DNA of 63,570 nucleotides, filler included, from Octopus bimaculoides (Eukaryota): NCBI RefSeq assembly GCF_001194135.2. It is 6 parts of 5 records of this genome, joined end to end, with 100 filler letters (N's around TTAATTAATTAA, not from the genome) between each part and the next. Parts side by side here need not be neighbours in the genome. Positions count along the whole stretch, not along the records: positions 1 to 23,312 come from NC_068993.1; positions 23,413 to 38,720 come from NC_069002.1; 4 more parts are not named here. One strand, 5' to 3'. Shown piece by piece: positions 11,670 to 24,302 of this stretch (position 1 is its first letter; each line of letters starts with the position of its first letter). The notes under the pieces were generated by a model. It saw only the letters and a program-made list of their open reading frames with translations, ran no database searches and was not told where the DNA came from. The position numbers and the translations under genes were made by a program.

Positions 11670-11760
11670 ATGGTGAAATTTCCGTCTCTGTATATATTAC
11701 TCATATTTTTTTATGCAGCCGCACAAACTTTGGGAAATGAAACTGAGGATCAACGGAATG
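11670..11760 (+). CDS. Gene B exon 1: signal peptide of a secreted DUF4773-like protein
   Basis: aaaacaATG; MVKFPSLYILLIFFYAAAQTLGNETEDQRN; phase-1 donor AATG|GTAAGT at 11761. Confidence 0.85.
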
Positions 11761-12276
11761 GTAAGTATCTAAAATTATTATTTCTTTTCTTCCTTTCTGT
11801 CTTTATTCTTTTTCTCTATTTATTTATTGAGTTCTCCCGTAGTATTTCCTGTTTTGTTTTTCTTTTTTCGTTTTGCTTCGGATTTTTATTTTGAGTAATT
11901 TCTACTTCTCAGGTTCTGCTAGCTAGGAAACATATGTAGCCAGGATTATACCTGCTCTATTCCCTCGTTTGGATTTTATTTCCATGCATGGCAACCCTAG
12001 TTCGTTACCGTAAACTACAAATTAACTTTATCCAGCTTATCGCACTTCGATATGGGGGAAAAACCTATAACCTTCTACCTCAATAAACCACCATTGTTCC
12101 TGAAAGTAGAAAGTTGTTTTTTACACCTTCTGCAGACTGCACGAAGTTTACTAACTTCCTACTCTTCGATCCTTAGATCTTACATTTACATATCATTATG
12201 TATGTGTGTATGTATGCATGTATGTATGTATGTATAAGCGCATGTATGTATATGTATATGTATGTATGCATATATA

Positions 12277-12689
12277 GGCGTAGGAACGGCTGTGTGGTAA
12301 GTAGCTTGCTTACCAACCACATGGTTCCGGGTTTAGTCCCACTGCGTGGCACTTTGGGCAAGTGTCTTCTACTATAGACTCGGGCCGACCAAAGTCTTGT
12401 GAGTGGATTTGGTAGACGGAAACTGAAAGAAGCCCGTCGTATATATGTATATATATATGTGTGTGTGTGCGTGTATGTTTGTGTGTCGGTGTTTGTCCCC
12501 CAACATCACTTGACAACCGATGCTGGCGTATTTACGTCCCCGTAACTTAGCGGTTCAGCAAAAGAGACCTATAGAATAAGTACTAGGCTTACAAAGAATA
12601 AGTCGTTGGGTCGATTTACTCGAATAAAGGCGGTGCTCCAGCATGGCCGCAGTAAAAATGACTGAAACAAGTAAAAGAGTAAAAGAGTA
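12277..12689 (+). mobile_element. SINE family A (tRNA head, CORE-like segment, internal TA/TG microsatellite)
   Basis: ggctgtgtggtaagtagcttgc...ttgggcaagtgtcttct...gtaaaagagta recurs at 9354-9480 (truncated), 12973-13335, 15424-15559, 16372-16789, 32820-33183, 56377-56995, with minus-strand 3' pieces near 1740-1830, 45770-45930, 52390-52450. Confidence 0.9.
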
Positions 12690-12694
12690 TATCT

Positions 12695-12735
<41 letters not shown>

Positions 12736-13604
12736 GACATATAGACAAACATACAATCACACACGCGCACACGTTTGTTTTGTGTGACAGTAAAAACCAA
12801 ATTTACGTTTCACGGCTGTTTTTGGTTCAAATATGTAAACAATACATAATTACGGTAGTTTAAATATTATATATTGCAGTGATATAAGTACGTGACAATA
12901 TCTAAGAGTACCAAAGACTAGAAAATTTAATATCTCGATAATCTTAAATGAGCGAAAAAATCCATCTTGGTTTGGGTGATAAGATTGCTTTGCAACCATG
13001 TGGTTTCAAGATCATTTCCACTGAGCGACACCTTGAAGAAGTTCTTTCTACTTCTGCCAATGACTTGTGAGTGAATTTGGTAGAGGGGAAACTGTGTGGA
13101 AGCTCGATGTATATGTGTGGTGTGAAGGTTGTTTATGTTTGTCCACCCCCATTGTATCTCACCGTTTGACAATTGGTTTTGGTTCGTTTGTGTCCTTGTA
13201 TTTTAGCGGTTTGACCAGAGAGACCGACGGAATATGTGCCTGGCATAAAATAATAAATACTTGGGTTGATTTGTTCGACAAAATCTCTCAAACTAGTGCC
13301 CCAGCATGGCCGTTATCCATTGACTGAAACTAGTGTATGTATCCTCGATTTCAAATTCAAATACGTAATCCGGTTAAACATTATTAAAAAATTATTGTCT
13401 CCCTTGCATTATCCGGCCACCAGAGGACACCACGTATTTGATACCCCTCAATTGAAGTTCAGTATAATTGATTCCCCTCTTAAACTCACAATTGAAAGCA
13501 ATAAATATTGAGTGAATGTCGTGTTTGTTTCTTTTTACTGTCTTCCTTTTTACTTATTTCTTCATACTTTTTCCTCTAACATCTTATTGCTTTTGTTTTT
13601 CTAG

Positions 13605-13862
13605 ATGGTTTAATTACGAATAGAGTTGGTGCTGAATCTTTGCTACACAGGCTAGTTGAAGATGGGCATAGACCAATATATGAGAATGGAGATGATGGGG
13701 CAATAATGAAAATGAGTCGAAATGTTGATGAAAGCAGAGCGGAGGAAAGTATATCAAAGTGTGAAAATTTTTCAGACAATATAGGAGAGATGAATTGTAA
13801 TGGTTCAAACTTCCATTACACTTGCTACCAAGTGACCGGCATACATTACGTTGGACTCTATA
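13605..13862 (+). CDS. Gene B exon 2
   Basis: Acceptor ttttgtttttctag|AT, donor TATA|GTGAGT, 258 nt, phase 1-1, open and in frame with exon 1: DGLITNRVGAESLLHRLV...KCENFSDNIGEMNCNGSNFHYTCYQVTGIHYVGLY. Confidence 0.85.
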
Positions 13863-15209
13863 GTGAGTTTTGTTTTATTTTATATCTATTCTTTGATATA
13901 TTATAACTGAAAGGTTTCAACTTCCAGTACTCGGACTTACTCGTTTCCGATCATCAGCGCTGATCCAGTAATTTGTAAATTAATCGCAGCCAGATATTTT
14001 GATTTTGTTATAAGCTTGTTTCACTAAATAGACAACTATCTTTTACTTTTAATTTTTGCTTGTTTCGGTCATTAGAATGCGGCCGTGCTGGGGCACATCA
14101 AGTTTTATCTTTTTATTATTTTAAATTTCTTATGTTACTAGCTTTTTTTTACTGAGTATAGATCGCACGCAGGACTGAGGAGTAACATCGGTGCGGTTCA
14201 TATTCAAGAGAGCAATCAAGCTATGGCACTGCTCGAAATTGAGTTGCAGTGATAATGATCCAATGGTGGAGTTCTGGTGTTGTGTGGAGTATAGAGTCAC
14301 CTCTTAGTTACCATTACTTCCAGGTCTGTGCTGACCCGAAACAGATGTACCTGCTAGGCTCCCATCTACGAGTTAAAGTGATTTCCCAGCGGTTGGATAC
14401 TCCCACTATTCTTAAGAAAGCCGTCTGGAAGGCAGCTCTTTTAGGAGAAAACTACTCTGACATAAAACTTTTAGTCAAAATAGTACCAGTCGTCATGGAC
14501 TGGGTCACTGGGTCCTATTACGGGATCCGAGAAAGTAGTGAAAGTGTTGTACAAGCTTTTGTCACTCGAATCCAATGACGTACAGATGTGTCACTATCGT
14601 TTCATTTCTTGATCCATTTTCTATTCTGTACAGTCCAGCGGCGATGGACGCGTAGAGAAAAATTATGTCCTGCTCACATACAAGGATGAAAGTAAATCAG
14701 AGCGATCAGGCTGAATGTAACATAACCTCTCTTCAATCTCTCACACAGTTATATGACAATCAGATTCAACTATGACTTTGATTGATTCGGTCATCATCAA
14801 CTTCAGTAGGTCGACCAGAACGTTGGTCATCTTTCAGTGAAAAATGTCAAGAACGGATTTTTTAAAACCATTTCTGACATGTACATTATGTGAGTCTCAA
14901 CAGCTTTCATGTCTTTATGTTAAAAAAATAACAAAATATGGGGGAAATGTTCGTTTTTGCACTGCAGGTTAAAACTGATGCTGAACTAATATCTGTAAAC
15001 AAAATTATGCGCAATTTGCTTCTAATGTAAGCTAACAGTAACGGCTATCAAATGTCAGAAGGGAAAAAATCATAACATTGACAAAAGTCATTTTAAAAAA
15101 TCGTAACTCTATTTGCGAAAAATTAAATTACTTTCTTGCCAACTCAAAATTATGAAGATTACTTCTTTCAGTTACTTGTCAAATATTTAATGAGATTTTT
15201 TTCTTTCAG

Positions 15210-15290
15210 TTACCTTTGACATACGTTATGATGATTACTTCTTTCGCGTGAAAATGACGATGAACGATAATCAATTGACCAAATATTTCA
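15210..15290 (+). CDS. Gene B exon 3
   Basis: Acceptor tttttttctttcag|TT, donor TTCA|GTAAGT, 81 nt, phase 1-1: ITFDIRYDDYFFRVKMTMNDNQLTKYF. Confidence 0.82.
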
Positions 15291-15931
15291 GTAAGTAAGG
15301 TGTTTCTTTGAATTTTTGTAGTACATGGAATATTCGTAACATTTCACAATAAAATCAAATTTTCTCAAATTGTGCCGTAATGTCCGAATAAAGTTAATAT
15401 ACCTATAAGCAAAGACATGATCGTGTGGTTAACAAGCTCGCTTTGCAACCAAGTCGTTTCTGGTTCAATCCCTCTATCCAGTATCTTGGGTAAGTCTTTC
15501 TTGCAATAGAACCCGGCTTGTTTTATGAGTGAATTTGGTAGGCGAAACCCGTCGTATACATACATACATACATACATATATATATATATATNNNNNNNNN
15601 NNNNNNNNNNNNNNNNNNNNNNNNNNNNNNNNNNNNNNNNNNNNNNNNNNNNNNNNNNNNNNNNNNNNNNNNNNNNNNNNNNNNNNNNNNNNNNNNNNNN
15701 NNNNNNNNNNNNNNNNNNNNNNNNNNNNNNNNNNNNNNNNNNNNNNNNNNNNNNNNNNNNNNNNNNNNNNNNNNNNNNNNNNNNNNNNNNNNNNNNNNNN
15801 NNNNNNNNNNNNNNNNNNNNNNNNNNNNNNNNNNNNNNNNNNNNNNNNNNNNNNNNNNNNNNNNNNNNNNNNNNNNNNNNNNNNNNNNNNNNNNNNNNNN
15901 NNNNNNNNNNNNNNNNNNNNNNNNNNNNNNN

Positions 15932-15975
<44 letters not shown>

Positions 15976-16543
15976 TCAAGACATGTGACAGCAATAGAGA
16001 AGACCCTACAAAAGTAGAGAGACAGGCAGTTATAGGACGTGACACACACACACATACACTTACACACATTTACAAAAGTATACACAGGTAATCACAAGTT
16101 TAAAATGGCATATAGTAGACATATGTATGTGTGTGTGTGCTAGTTTATTTATGTCCCCTAAGTTAGCGGTATTTAAGTACAAACATAAGTACTGGAATCA
16201 GTTTGAGAGTCTATACCCGGCCATGATGGAGCCCCGTCTAGGTCACAGTTGTACTTCCATCACCGCATATAATTATTTTATTAGTTATTTTATCTATTTA
16301 GATATTTTTATGTAGTTTATTTATTTGCTTTTTAAATTAAAAGCACAAAAATAGTAAAATAATATTTAGTAGTGGCTGTGTGGTAAATAGCTTGCTTACC
16401 AACCACATGGTTCCGGATTCAGTCCCACTGCGTGGCACCTTGGGCAAGTGTCTTCTGCTATAGCCTCGGGCCAACCAAAGCCTTGTGAGTGGATTTGGTA
16501 GACGGAAACTGAAAGAAACCTGTCGTATATATGTGTATGTGTG

Positions 16544-16574
<31 letters not shown>

Positions 16575-16862
16575 CTGTGTTTGTGTGTCTGTGTTTGTCA
16601 CCCAACATCGCCTGACAACCGATGGTGGTGTGTTTACGTCACCGTAACTTAGCGGTTCGGCAAAAGACACCGATAGAATAAGTACAAGGCTTACAATGAA
16701 TAAGTATTGGGGTCGATTTGCTCGAGTAAAGGCGGTGCTCCAGCATGGCCGCAGTCAAATGACTGAAACAAGTAAAAGAGTAAAGAGTATATCAATTTTA
16801 TTTTTACTTAATTTCTTTTATATTTTTTATATTATTTCTTTTATTTTTTCATTTACTTTCAG

Positions 16863-17035
16863 TGAATGGCAGCATAGCAAAGTTTAAAAGTGGAATTCGG
16901 GGCTTACCGATTGTGACAGCTAACATCTATGATGTCGTCGCAAATCCGAGTTGCCGACATTTCTGTGTTGATGTTACTACGACTATAAGATCGAAATTTA
17001 TCGTGAGAAACATTGGTTGTTTTATCGACTATTAG
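16863..17035 (+). CDS. Gene B exon 4 (terminal); spliced CDS 603 nt, 200 aa
   Basis: Long pyrimidine tract then tttcag|TG; phase 1 gives MNGSIAKFKSGIRGLPIVTANIYDVVANPSCRHFCVDVTTTIRSKFIVRNIGCFIDY*. The C-terminal GCF recalls DUF4773 (PF15998); the family call is from memory, not a search. Confidence 0.82.
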
Positions 17036-18474
17036 TGTCGGAAAGCGCCACCACCACCACCACCACCACCACCACGATGGCGATGGTCATGATGATGATG
17101 ATGATGATGATGATGACGACGACGATGATGATGACGATAATGATGTCAGAGACTACGATAAAAGACAAGAACGTCGATTATGATGATAAGATGCGTTCAG
17201 TCTTAAGAGAAATCGTGAAAACAAGACTAATGGTGATGCGCGTTGTTGGTACCATCATGTTTCACCATTGAAAGTCCCTTGTCCTCCACTCTGTCTCATC
17301 ATCACAACCGTCGTCGTAGTCGTCGTAGTCGTCATCATAATCATTGCTGTTATCATGTTCAACACACAACACGAACGCATACGTCATGCATCCACATTAA
17401 CATATTTGTGGGTGCGCTTGTATGTGTTTGTGTGTGTGTGTTGGCAGCTGCATACATGCAAATATATATGTGTGTGTGTATATGTATGTATTTATATATG
17501 TATATATGCATGTATGCATGCATATATNNNNNNNNNNNNNNNNNNNNNNNNNNNNNNNNNNNNNNNNNNNNNNNNNNNNNNNNNNNNNNNNNNNNNNNNN
17601 NNNNNNNNNNNNNNNNNNNNNNNNNNNNNNNNNNNNNNNNNNNNNNNNNNNNNNNNNNNNNNNNNNNNNNNNNNNNNNNNNNNNNNNNNNNNNNNNNNNN
17701 NNNNNNNNNNNNNNNNNNNNNNNNNNNNNNNNNNNNNNNNNNNNNNNNNNNNNNNNNNNNNNNNNNNNNNNNNNNNNNNNNNNNNNNNNNNNNNNNNNNN
17801 NNNNNNNNNNNNNNNNNNNNNNNNNNNNNNNNNNNNNNNNNNNNNNNNNNNNNNNNNNNNNNNNNNNNNNNNNNNNNNNNNNNNNNNNNNNNNNNNNNNN
17901 NNNNNNNNNNNNNNNNNNNNNNNNNNNNNNNNNNNNNNNNNNNNNNNNNNNNNNNNNNNNNNNNNNNNNNNNNNNNNNNNNNNNNNNNNNNNNNNNNNNN
18001 NNNNNNNNNNNNNNNNNNNNNNNNNNNNNNNNNNNNNNNNNNNNNNNNNNNNNNNNNNNNNNNNNNNNNNNNNNNNNNNNNNNNNNNNNNNNNNNNNNNN
18101 NNNNNNNNNNNNNNNNNNNNNNNNNNNNNNNNNNNNNNNNNNNNNNNNNNNNNNNNNNNNNNNNNNNNNNNNNNNNNNNNNNNNNNNNNNNNNNNNNNNN
18201 NNNNNNNNNNNNNNNNNNNNNNNNNNNNNNNNNNNNNNNNNNNNNNNNNNNNNNNNNNNNNNNNNNNNNNNNNNNNNNNNNNNNNNNNNNNNNNNNNNNN
18301 NNNNNNNNNNNNNNNNNNNNNNNNNNNNNNNNNNNNNNNNNNNNNNNNNNNNNNNNNNNNNNNNNNNNNNNNNNNNNNNNNNNNNNNNNNNNNNNNNNNN
18401 NNNNNNNNNNNNNNNNNNNNNNNNNNNNNNNNNNNNNNNNNNNNNNNNNNNNNCACACACACACACACACACAC

Positions 18475-18640
18475 ACGACGGGGTAATAAAAAGTTCCTGG
18501 CTTTGCTTAAAAGAAAATATAGGAGGATCAGTTAATTATGAATGTATTCAACATGTTCCCCGTCAGCTTCACACACTTATTGCAACAGTCCTTCATTTTT
18601 TCTAAGCCCAAGAAACTTTGCAGCACCCCCTTATATCTAT
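18475..18640 (-). mobile_element. Mariner terminal fragment
   Basis: TIR-like acgacggggtaataaaaagttcc next to minus-strand NKCVKLTGNML, similar to a transposase C-terminus. Confidence 0.5.
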
Positions 18641-19185
18641 ATGTTCCTAGCAATATAAGAGCATAACAATGCCATATATTTCATGTAGCGACTTTACATG
18701 TGAGAGCGATAAAACACTGATCCGAAATCTATCCAAAAACATCGGAAATAAACACGACAAATGGAGCCTAAAATAAATGACAGTGTTGGACTATATCCGA
18801 GTAAGTAATACTCATTAAAATTTATTTTTACTTTCCGAATGTACTTTGACTGTGTGTTGTCTCCGTCACTCGCACAAGACGTGTAAACACGCTCACCACA
18901 CTGAAAAAGCGTTGGACTACACCCGGTGTAAGTAATACTCATTAAAAGTGTTGGACTATATCAGAGTACGTACATATTGGACTCTGTCCGATTAAGTACA
19001 CATCACAAATACGTATGTAAACTAATTAATTACGTATACACCCCAGTTTTACATGAACACATTTTAATATTTCAAAATAGCATTTAGTAATGTATAAAAC
19101 AAGCGCACACACATAAGCGAATTGAATTAAAACAAACAAGGGCTAATCATTACTGATCACAAAAGCATTAAACAGATATACATAC

Positions 19186-19223
<38 letters not shown>

Positions 19224-20632
19224 TATAAGATCTGGTAATTAGTCATATATTAATATATTAATTAATATCGATTAATTATCAGGGGGCCAGCACATTTAAA
19301 GAATCAAAGAGATTCAGAAATATTATCTGCAATCTCAGGGGATTAAGGTACATTTTAAAAAATAACGTCGACCACTAACGTGGACAATTAATGCGCTAGA
19401 AATAGATCACATCTTGTGTCTATTAAGACCTAAAAAGTTCTCAACATGAAATATAGNNNNNNNNNNNNNNNNNNNNNNNNNNNNNNNNNNNNNNNNNNNN
19501 NNNNNNNNNNNNNNNNNNNNNNNNNNNNNNNNNNNNNNNNNNNNNNNNNNNNNNNNNNNNNNNNNNNNNNNNNNNNNNNNNNNNNNNNNNNNNNNNNNNN
19601 NNNNNNNNNNNNNNNNNNNNNNNNNNNNNNNNNNNNNNNNNNNNNNNNNNNNNNNNNNNNNNNNNNNNNNNNNNNNNNNNNNNNNNNNNNNNNNNNNNNN
19701 NNNNNNNNNNNNNNNNNNNNNNNNNNNNNNNNNNNNNNNNNNNNNNNNNNNNNNNNNNNNNNNNNNNNNNNNNNNNNNNNNNNNNNNNNNNNNNNNNNNN
19801 NNNNNNNNNNNNNNNNNNNNNNNNNNNNNNNNNNNNNNNNNNNNNNNNNNNNNNNNNNNNNNNNNNNNNNNNNNNNNNNNNNNNNNNNNNNNNNNNNNNN
19901 NNATATATATATATATATACACATACACACACGGCATTAAACAAATATATAGCTCCCAAGGAAAAATAGGTTTTTTTGTTTCTTTCTTTGTCTCTTTTGA
20001 CAACGTTTATTTGTTTATAATTATAGAAGCGGTACTCTATCAAATTGCCTACGGAGCCTAGTACTAACATGAAAGTGTTAATGGCAATTAGCCAAAACTC
20101 ATGTCGGAGCAAAAGATCTTAACTAATTGCAATTGTTATCATGTACACGCTTTTGCCTAGTGTAAAAGATGGGTTACAGTAAATATTCTGCTCAATACCA
20201 CAAATTTGCTTGTCAGTTGTTTGACCTTAACCAGATGAGCATGTCCCTTGATGGCTGATGATATGTGCATCTTTGATCATGAGCAGGAGTTGTGAGGGAG
20301 CATCATAGCCATGTGTTGAAAGGATTTTTTGGGGGTTTGAATAATTCACCTTTGGAAACATGGGTGTTTTGTTCAACATCCTTAAACAACCTTATTCAGG
20401 GACCTTTTGAATGGGATGGGCTACTCGATCTGAAGGAAATTCTACCTGAGCCCTACCTGCAAAGTCATGTGCTGTTTATCTTGATATGAGATCATTATAT
20501 CGCGCGCATATGGTTGTGTGTGATGCATGTGCTTAGTGTACCTTTAACAGACGGGTAGTTATGGTGGGTATACTGGGCTTCGTAAATTTGTACCCCAGTG
20601 TCACTCTGATGGCATGTTCTGCTCTCTCACTC

Positions 20633-20706
<74 letters not shown>

Positions 20707-20939
20707 TAATCATAATAATAATGATATCTTTATTTGCCAAACGGGTTACAAAAATTGCAAAATTACAATGCACCATATTGCAATTTAATATGAGTAAACA
20801 TGTGAATATAAAAATTCAATGAGAATACAAACCATAGTTTGAATATAGCTGATTATGTTGGGAGCAATTTAAATGATATCTGAAACTCAAGCATTAAGGG
20901 AAGGTTGTGGGAATCCATGCTTTTCTTATGAATTTCTGC

Positions 20940-21000
<61 letters not shown>

Positions 21001-21001
<1 letters not shown>

Positions 21002-22197
21002 CCTTTCTAGAAAGGATTGGAATTTGGGGAGAGGAGACTAATCGATTAAATCGACCCTAGTGTTTCACTGTTACTTAATTTATCGACCCCGAAAGGATGA
21101 AAGGCAAAGTTGACCTTGGCAGAATTTGAACTCAGAACATAAAGACGGACGAAATGCCGCTAAGCATTTTTCCTGGTGTGCTAATGATTCTGCTAGCTCG
21201 CCGCCTTCGTAATGATAATAAAAATGGTTAATACTAATAATAATAATAGTAACAATAATGGTTTGGAATTTTGGCAGAAGACCAGCAATTTAAACGGTCA
21301 AGTCAATTACATCGATGCGAGTGCTCAACTGGTACCTATCTTATCAAAGATGAAAGACCTCAGCGGAATTTGAACTCAGAACGTAAAGAACTGGAAGAAA
21401 TGCCACCAAGTGTCTGATGTGCAAACAATTCTGCCTGTAGCATTAATAAAACAAAACGCCAAAAACAACAATCATGAAGATGATGATGGTGATGATGATG
21501 ACGACGACGACGATGACGACGACGACGATGACGACGACGACGACGATGATGATGGTGATGATGACGACGACGATGATCATAATTATGATGATGATAATGA
21601 CGATGAATTCAAATGGCACAAGGCCGGCAATTTTAGTGAGAAATGTTCTGCTGGTACTTATTTTATCGACCCATGAATGGACGAAACGCAGAATTGAATT
21701 CGGCTAAATTAGAACTCAGAATGTGTACAAATCCTTCTGAGATTAACTCCACCTTCACTTCTCTAGGGTCTGTCAAACTAAGCTGTTAACACTGGTTGAG
21801 TGATCCAGAGTATATATTCCAATGTTGCAGCGAACAATATCATTCATACTGTAATAGAGTACAAATTGTGAGCTGAGGAGTTGTTTCTCGGGCTTGTGTC
21901 AATTTCGGGTCGTTTGGTTAAAGAAATATAGACGCAAAACTTTAGACAGAGGGAACAATATTCTTTTCTACTCTAGATATAAGGAGGGAGGGAGCCAGTC
22001 GATTAGATCGAAATTTTGGGGGAGGGAGCCAGTCGATTAGATCGACCCCCAGTACGCAACAGGTACTTAATTTATCGACCCCGAAAAGATGAGAGGTAAA
22101 GTTGATCTCGACGGAATTTGAACTCAGAAAGTTAAGACAGACGAAATACCGCTAAGCATTTTGCAAAGCGTGCTAACGTTTCTGCCAGATCACCGCC
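21001..22197 (-). mobile_element. Cluster of four SINE family B copies (others: 48049-48233 minus; 54595-55232 three copies plus; 56995-57590; 59790-59990)
   Basis: Shared ggcggcgagctggcagaatcgttagc...ttctgagttcaaattccgccgaggtcgac...ggggtcgat. Confidence 0.88.
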
Positions 22198-22533
22198 TTA
22201 CAAATGAACAACATTCTAAGAGAAATAGGTTGGAAATGAACCTAGTAAATGAAAGATTCTATGGCAATTTGCCATTCAGAAATGGGAGAAAAAAATTAAC
22301 AGTGTCAACTACATATTATTCTAGAAGGAATTTACACACACACACAACAACAAAAAAAACGCAGATAATGAATGCCTAATAAATAGCTGCTCTAAATTTT
22401 ATTGTTTGCCTTTCATGCATTTACTGCAGTAGCTACGACAGCTGTGGCCAGTTTTGGTGTTGTTGTGATTGTTGTTGTTGCTGTTGATGTCGTTGTTGTT
22501 GTTGTTGCTGTTATTGTTGTATTTGGTCTTCGA

Positions 22534-22678
22534 GAAGAAGAAGAAGAAGAAGAAGAAGAAGAAGGAGAAGAAGAAGAAGAAGAAGAAGAAGAAGAAGAAG
22601 AAGAAGGAGAAGAAGAAGAAGAAGAAGAAGAAGAAGAAGAAGAAGAAGAAGAAGAAGAAGAAGAAGAAGAAGAAGAAG

Positions 22679-22708
<30 letters not shown>
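22534..22708. repeat. (GAA)n microsatellite, about 58 units
   Basis: Near-pure GAA; typical of dozens of AT, GT, GATA, TATG, AAT and GA tracts across the window. Confidence 0.97.
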
Positions 22709-22709
<1 letters not shown>

Positions 22710-23074
22710 TATTGAAGGACCAATGTTGCTTCCAGTAATGGTCAAACAACAGAAAATGCGAAGTAATTCATAAAACTATGTGCATTTATTGGTAGAAAGT
22801 TTTGGATTTTAAGAAAAGTAAACAGTATAGCATTTTAGAAGAATAAAATTAATTTTAATTTTTTTTTTCTGGCATGGATAGTAAGGACGATGCAAAAAGT
22901 GAAAAATACATTATAATAAGTTTGAAAAGCAGTTCCAAGAAACTTTTAGGGAGACGATGGAATTTTCTTATCGCCATAACAATTAGTATGACCTGTTGGT
23001 ACTTTTTTAATCACAGGATCATCACCTACATAAATACCATAATCAGATCTTACTTTTTTTCAGCATGATCGTCC

Positions 23075-23312
23075 AGATCTTACATTCCTTCCAACATTAT
23101 TACCTCCATAACTGCCATCATAAGATCTTACATTCCTTTCAACATTATCACCTCCATAACTGCCATCATAAGATCTTACATTCCTTTCAACATTATCACC
23201 TCCATAACTGCCATCATAAGATCTTACATTCCTTCCAACATTATTACCTCCATAACTGCCATCATAAGATCTTACATTCCTGTCAACATTATCACCTCCA
23301 TAACTGCCATCG
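23075..23312. repeat. 48-bp minisatellite, about 5 copies, cut by gap
   Basis: agatcttacattccttYcaacattatYacctccataactgccatcata units start at 23075, 23123, 23171, 23219, 23267. Confidence 0.95.
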
Positions 23313-23412
23313 NNNNNNNNNNNNNNNNNNNNNNNNNNNNNNNNNNNNNNNNNNNNTTAATTAATTAANNNNNNNNNNNNNNNNNNNNNNNNNNNNNNNN
23401 NNNNNNNNNNNN

Positions 23413-23465
<53 letters not shown>

Positions 23466-23869
23466 TACAAACATACATACGTATATATACATATACATTT
23501 ACATGGTTGTTTATAATTATTTTTATTTTCACCTAGAAAGGTATGCTGGCCACAGATAAATTTTTTGTTGAAAAATTCTTATCCCTATATTAAAAGTTTT
23601 CACATACATATGTATATTTATATATTTTTGCTTGTATATATGCATATATATGGACATATGTATTATATAGATATATATATATGTATGCATGTGTGTATGA
23701 ATGTATATATGCATGTAAACCAAGTTTCAATGCTCCTTCTTTGGATTTGTGCATTTCTGTGTGTATATGTGCAATATTTGAGGTTGTGCAGATTTGTATA
23801 TTTTGTTTTATATATGTATTCTCATGCTTATAGCTGCATGTCTTGACGTGCGCAATATATTTAAATGAT

Positions 23870-24050
23870 ATGCTTTTGGAACGTTTTACAAATTTTGGCA
23901 GTTCCATTGATGAATTGTATCCGTATTCTTCTAATTAGCTTTCTCCTTTCTGGTTTTCAGAATTCTTATTTGTCAAGATTAGTTCTGAGGCAGTTTGTTA
24001 CATATCGTACTGCTCCAATAATTACAACTATAAATCTGAACTTTAAAATG
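23870..24050 (-). mobile_element. RLE LINE 3' fragment (another at about 36290-36555, +)
   Basis: VVIIGAVRYV...INGTAKICKTF and IPIIIGALDF...SRTVKICKTFLKF match the 3' end of the 31.1-32.6 kb element. Confidence 0.7.
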
Positions 24051-24242
24051 TTATGTATGTATAATTTGTATGTTTAAAATTTAACTCTTAATCACATCAT
24101 TCCGAGTTCGATCTTACTATGATTGCTTTTCAAGACTTTATAAATGTCACGGGTTAATTAATGCAAAATATTATGAATGGAATTAGGGAGATGGAATATC
24201 GACAACTGTGCTGAAGCATACATACAGATATACATACATATG

Positions 24243-24302
<60 letters not shown>

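Noticed and set aside
13935-13965. Minus-strand CUGAUGA-UCG-GAAAC
   Set aside because: No room for stem II and no stem I; chance match within a short palindrome.
14634-14689. Candidate terminal exon for gene B (IQRRWTRREKLCPAHIQG*)
   Set aside because: Good acceptor and phase, but the 15210 and 16863 exons complete the domain and match gene A's structure; at most a minor isoform.
23075-23312. CRISPR-like reading of the 48-bp and 24-bp arrays
   Set aside because: Units are contiguous with no unique spacers, there are no cas genes, and the context is eukaryotic.
23357-23368. ttaattaattaa islands between N runs (also about 38765, 52988, 58658, 62409)
   Set aside because: The same 12-mer always sits between gaps; an assembly or linker artefact.
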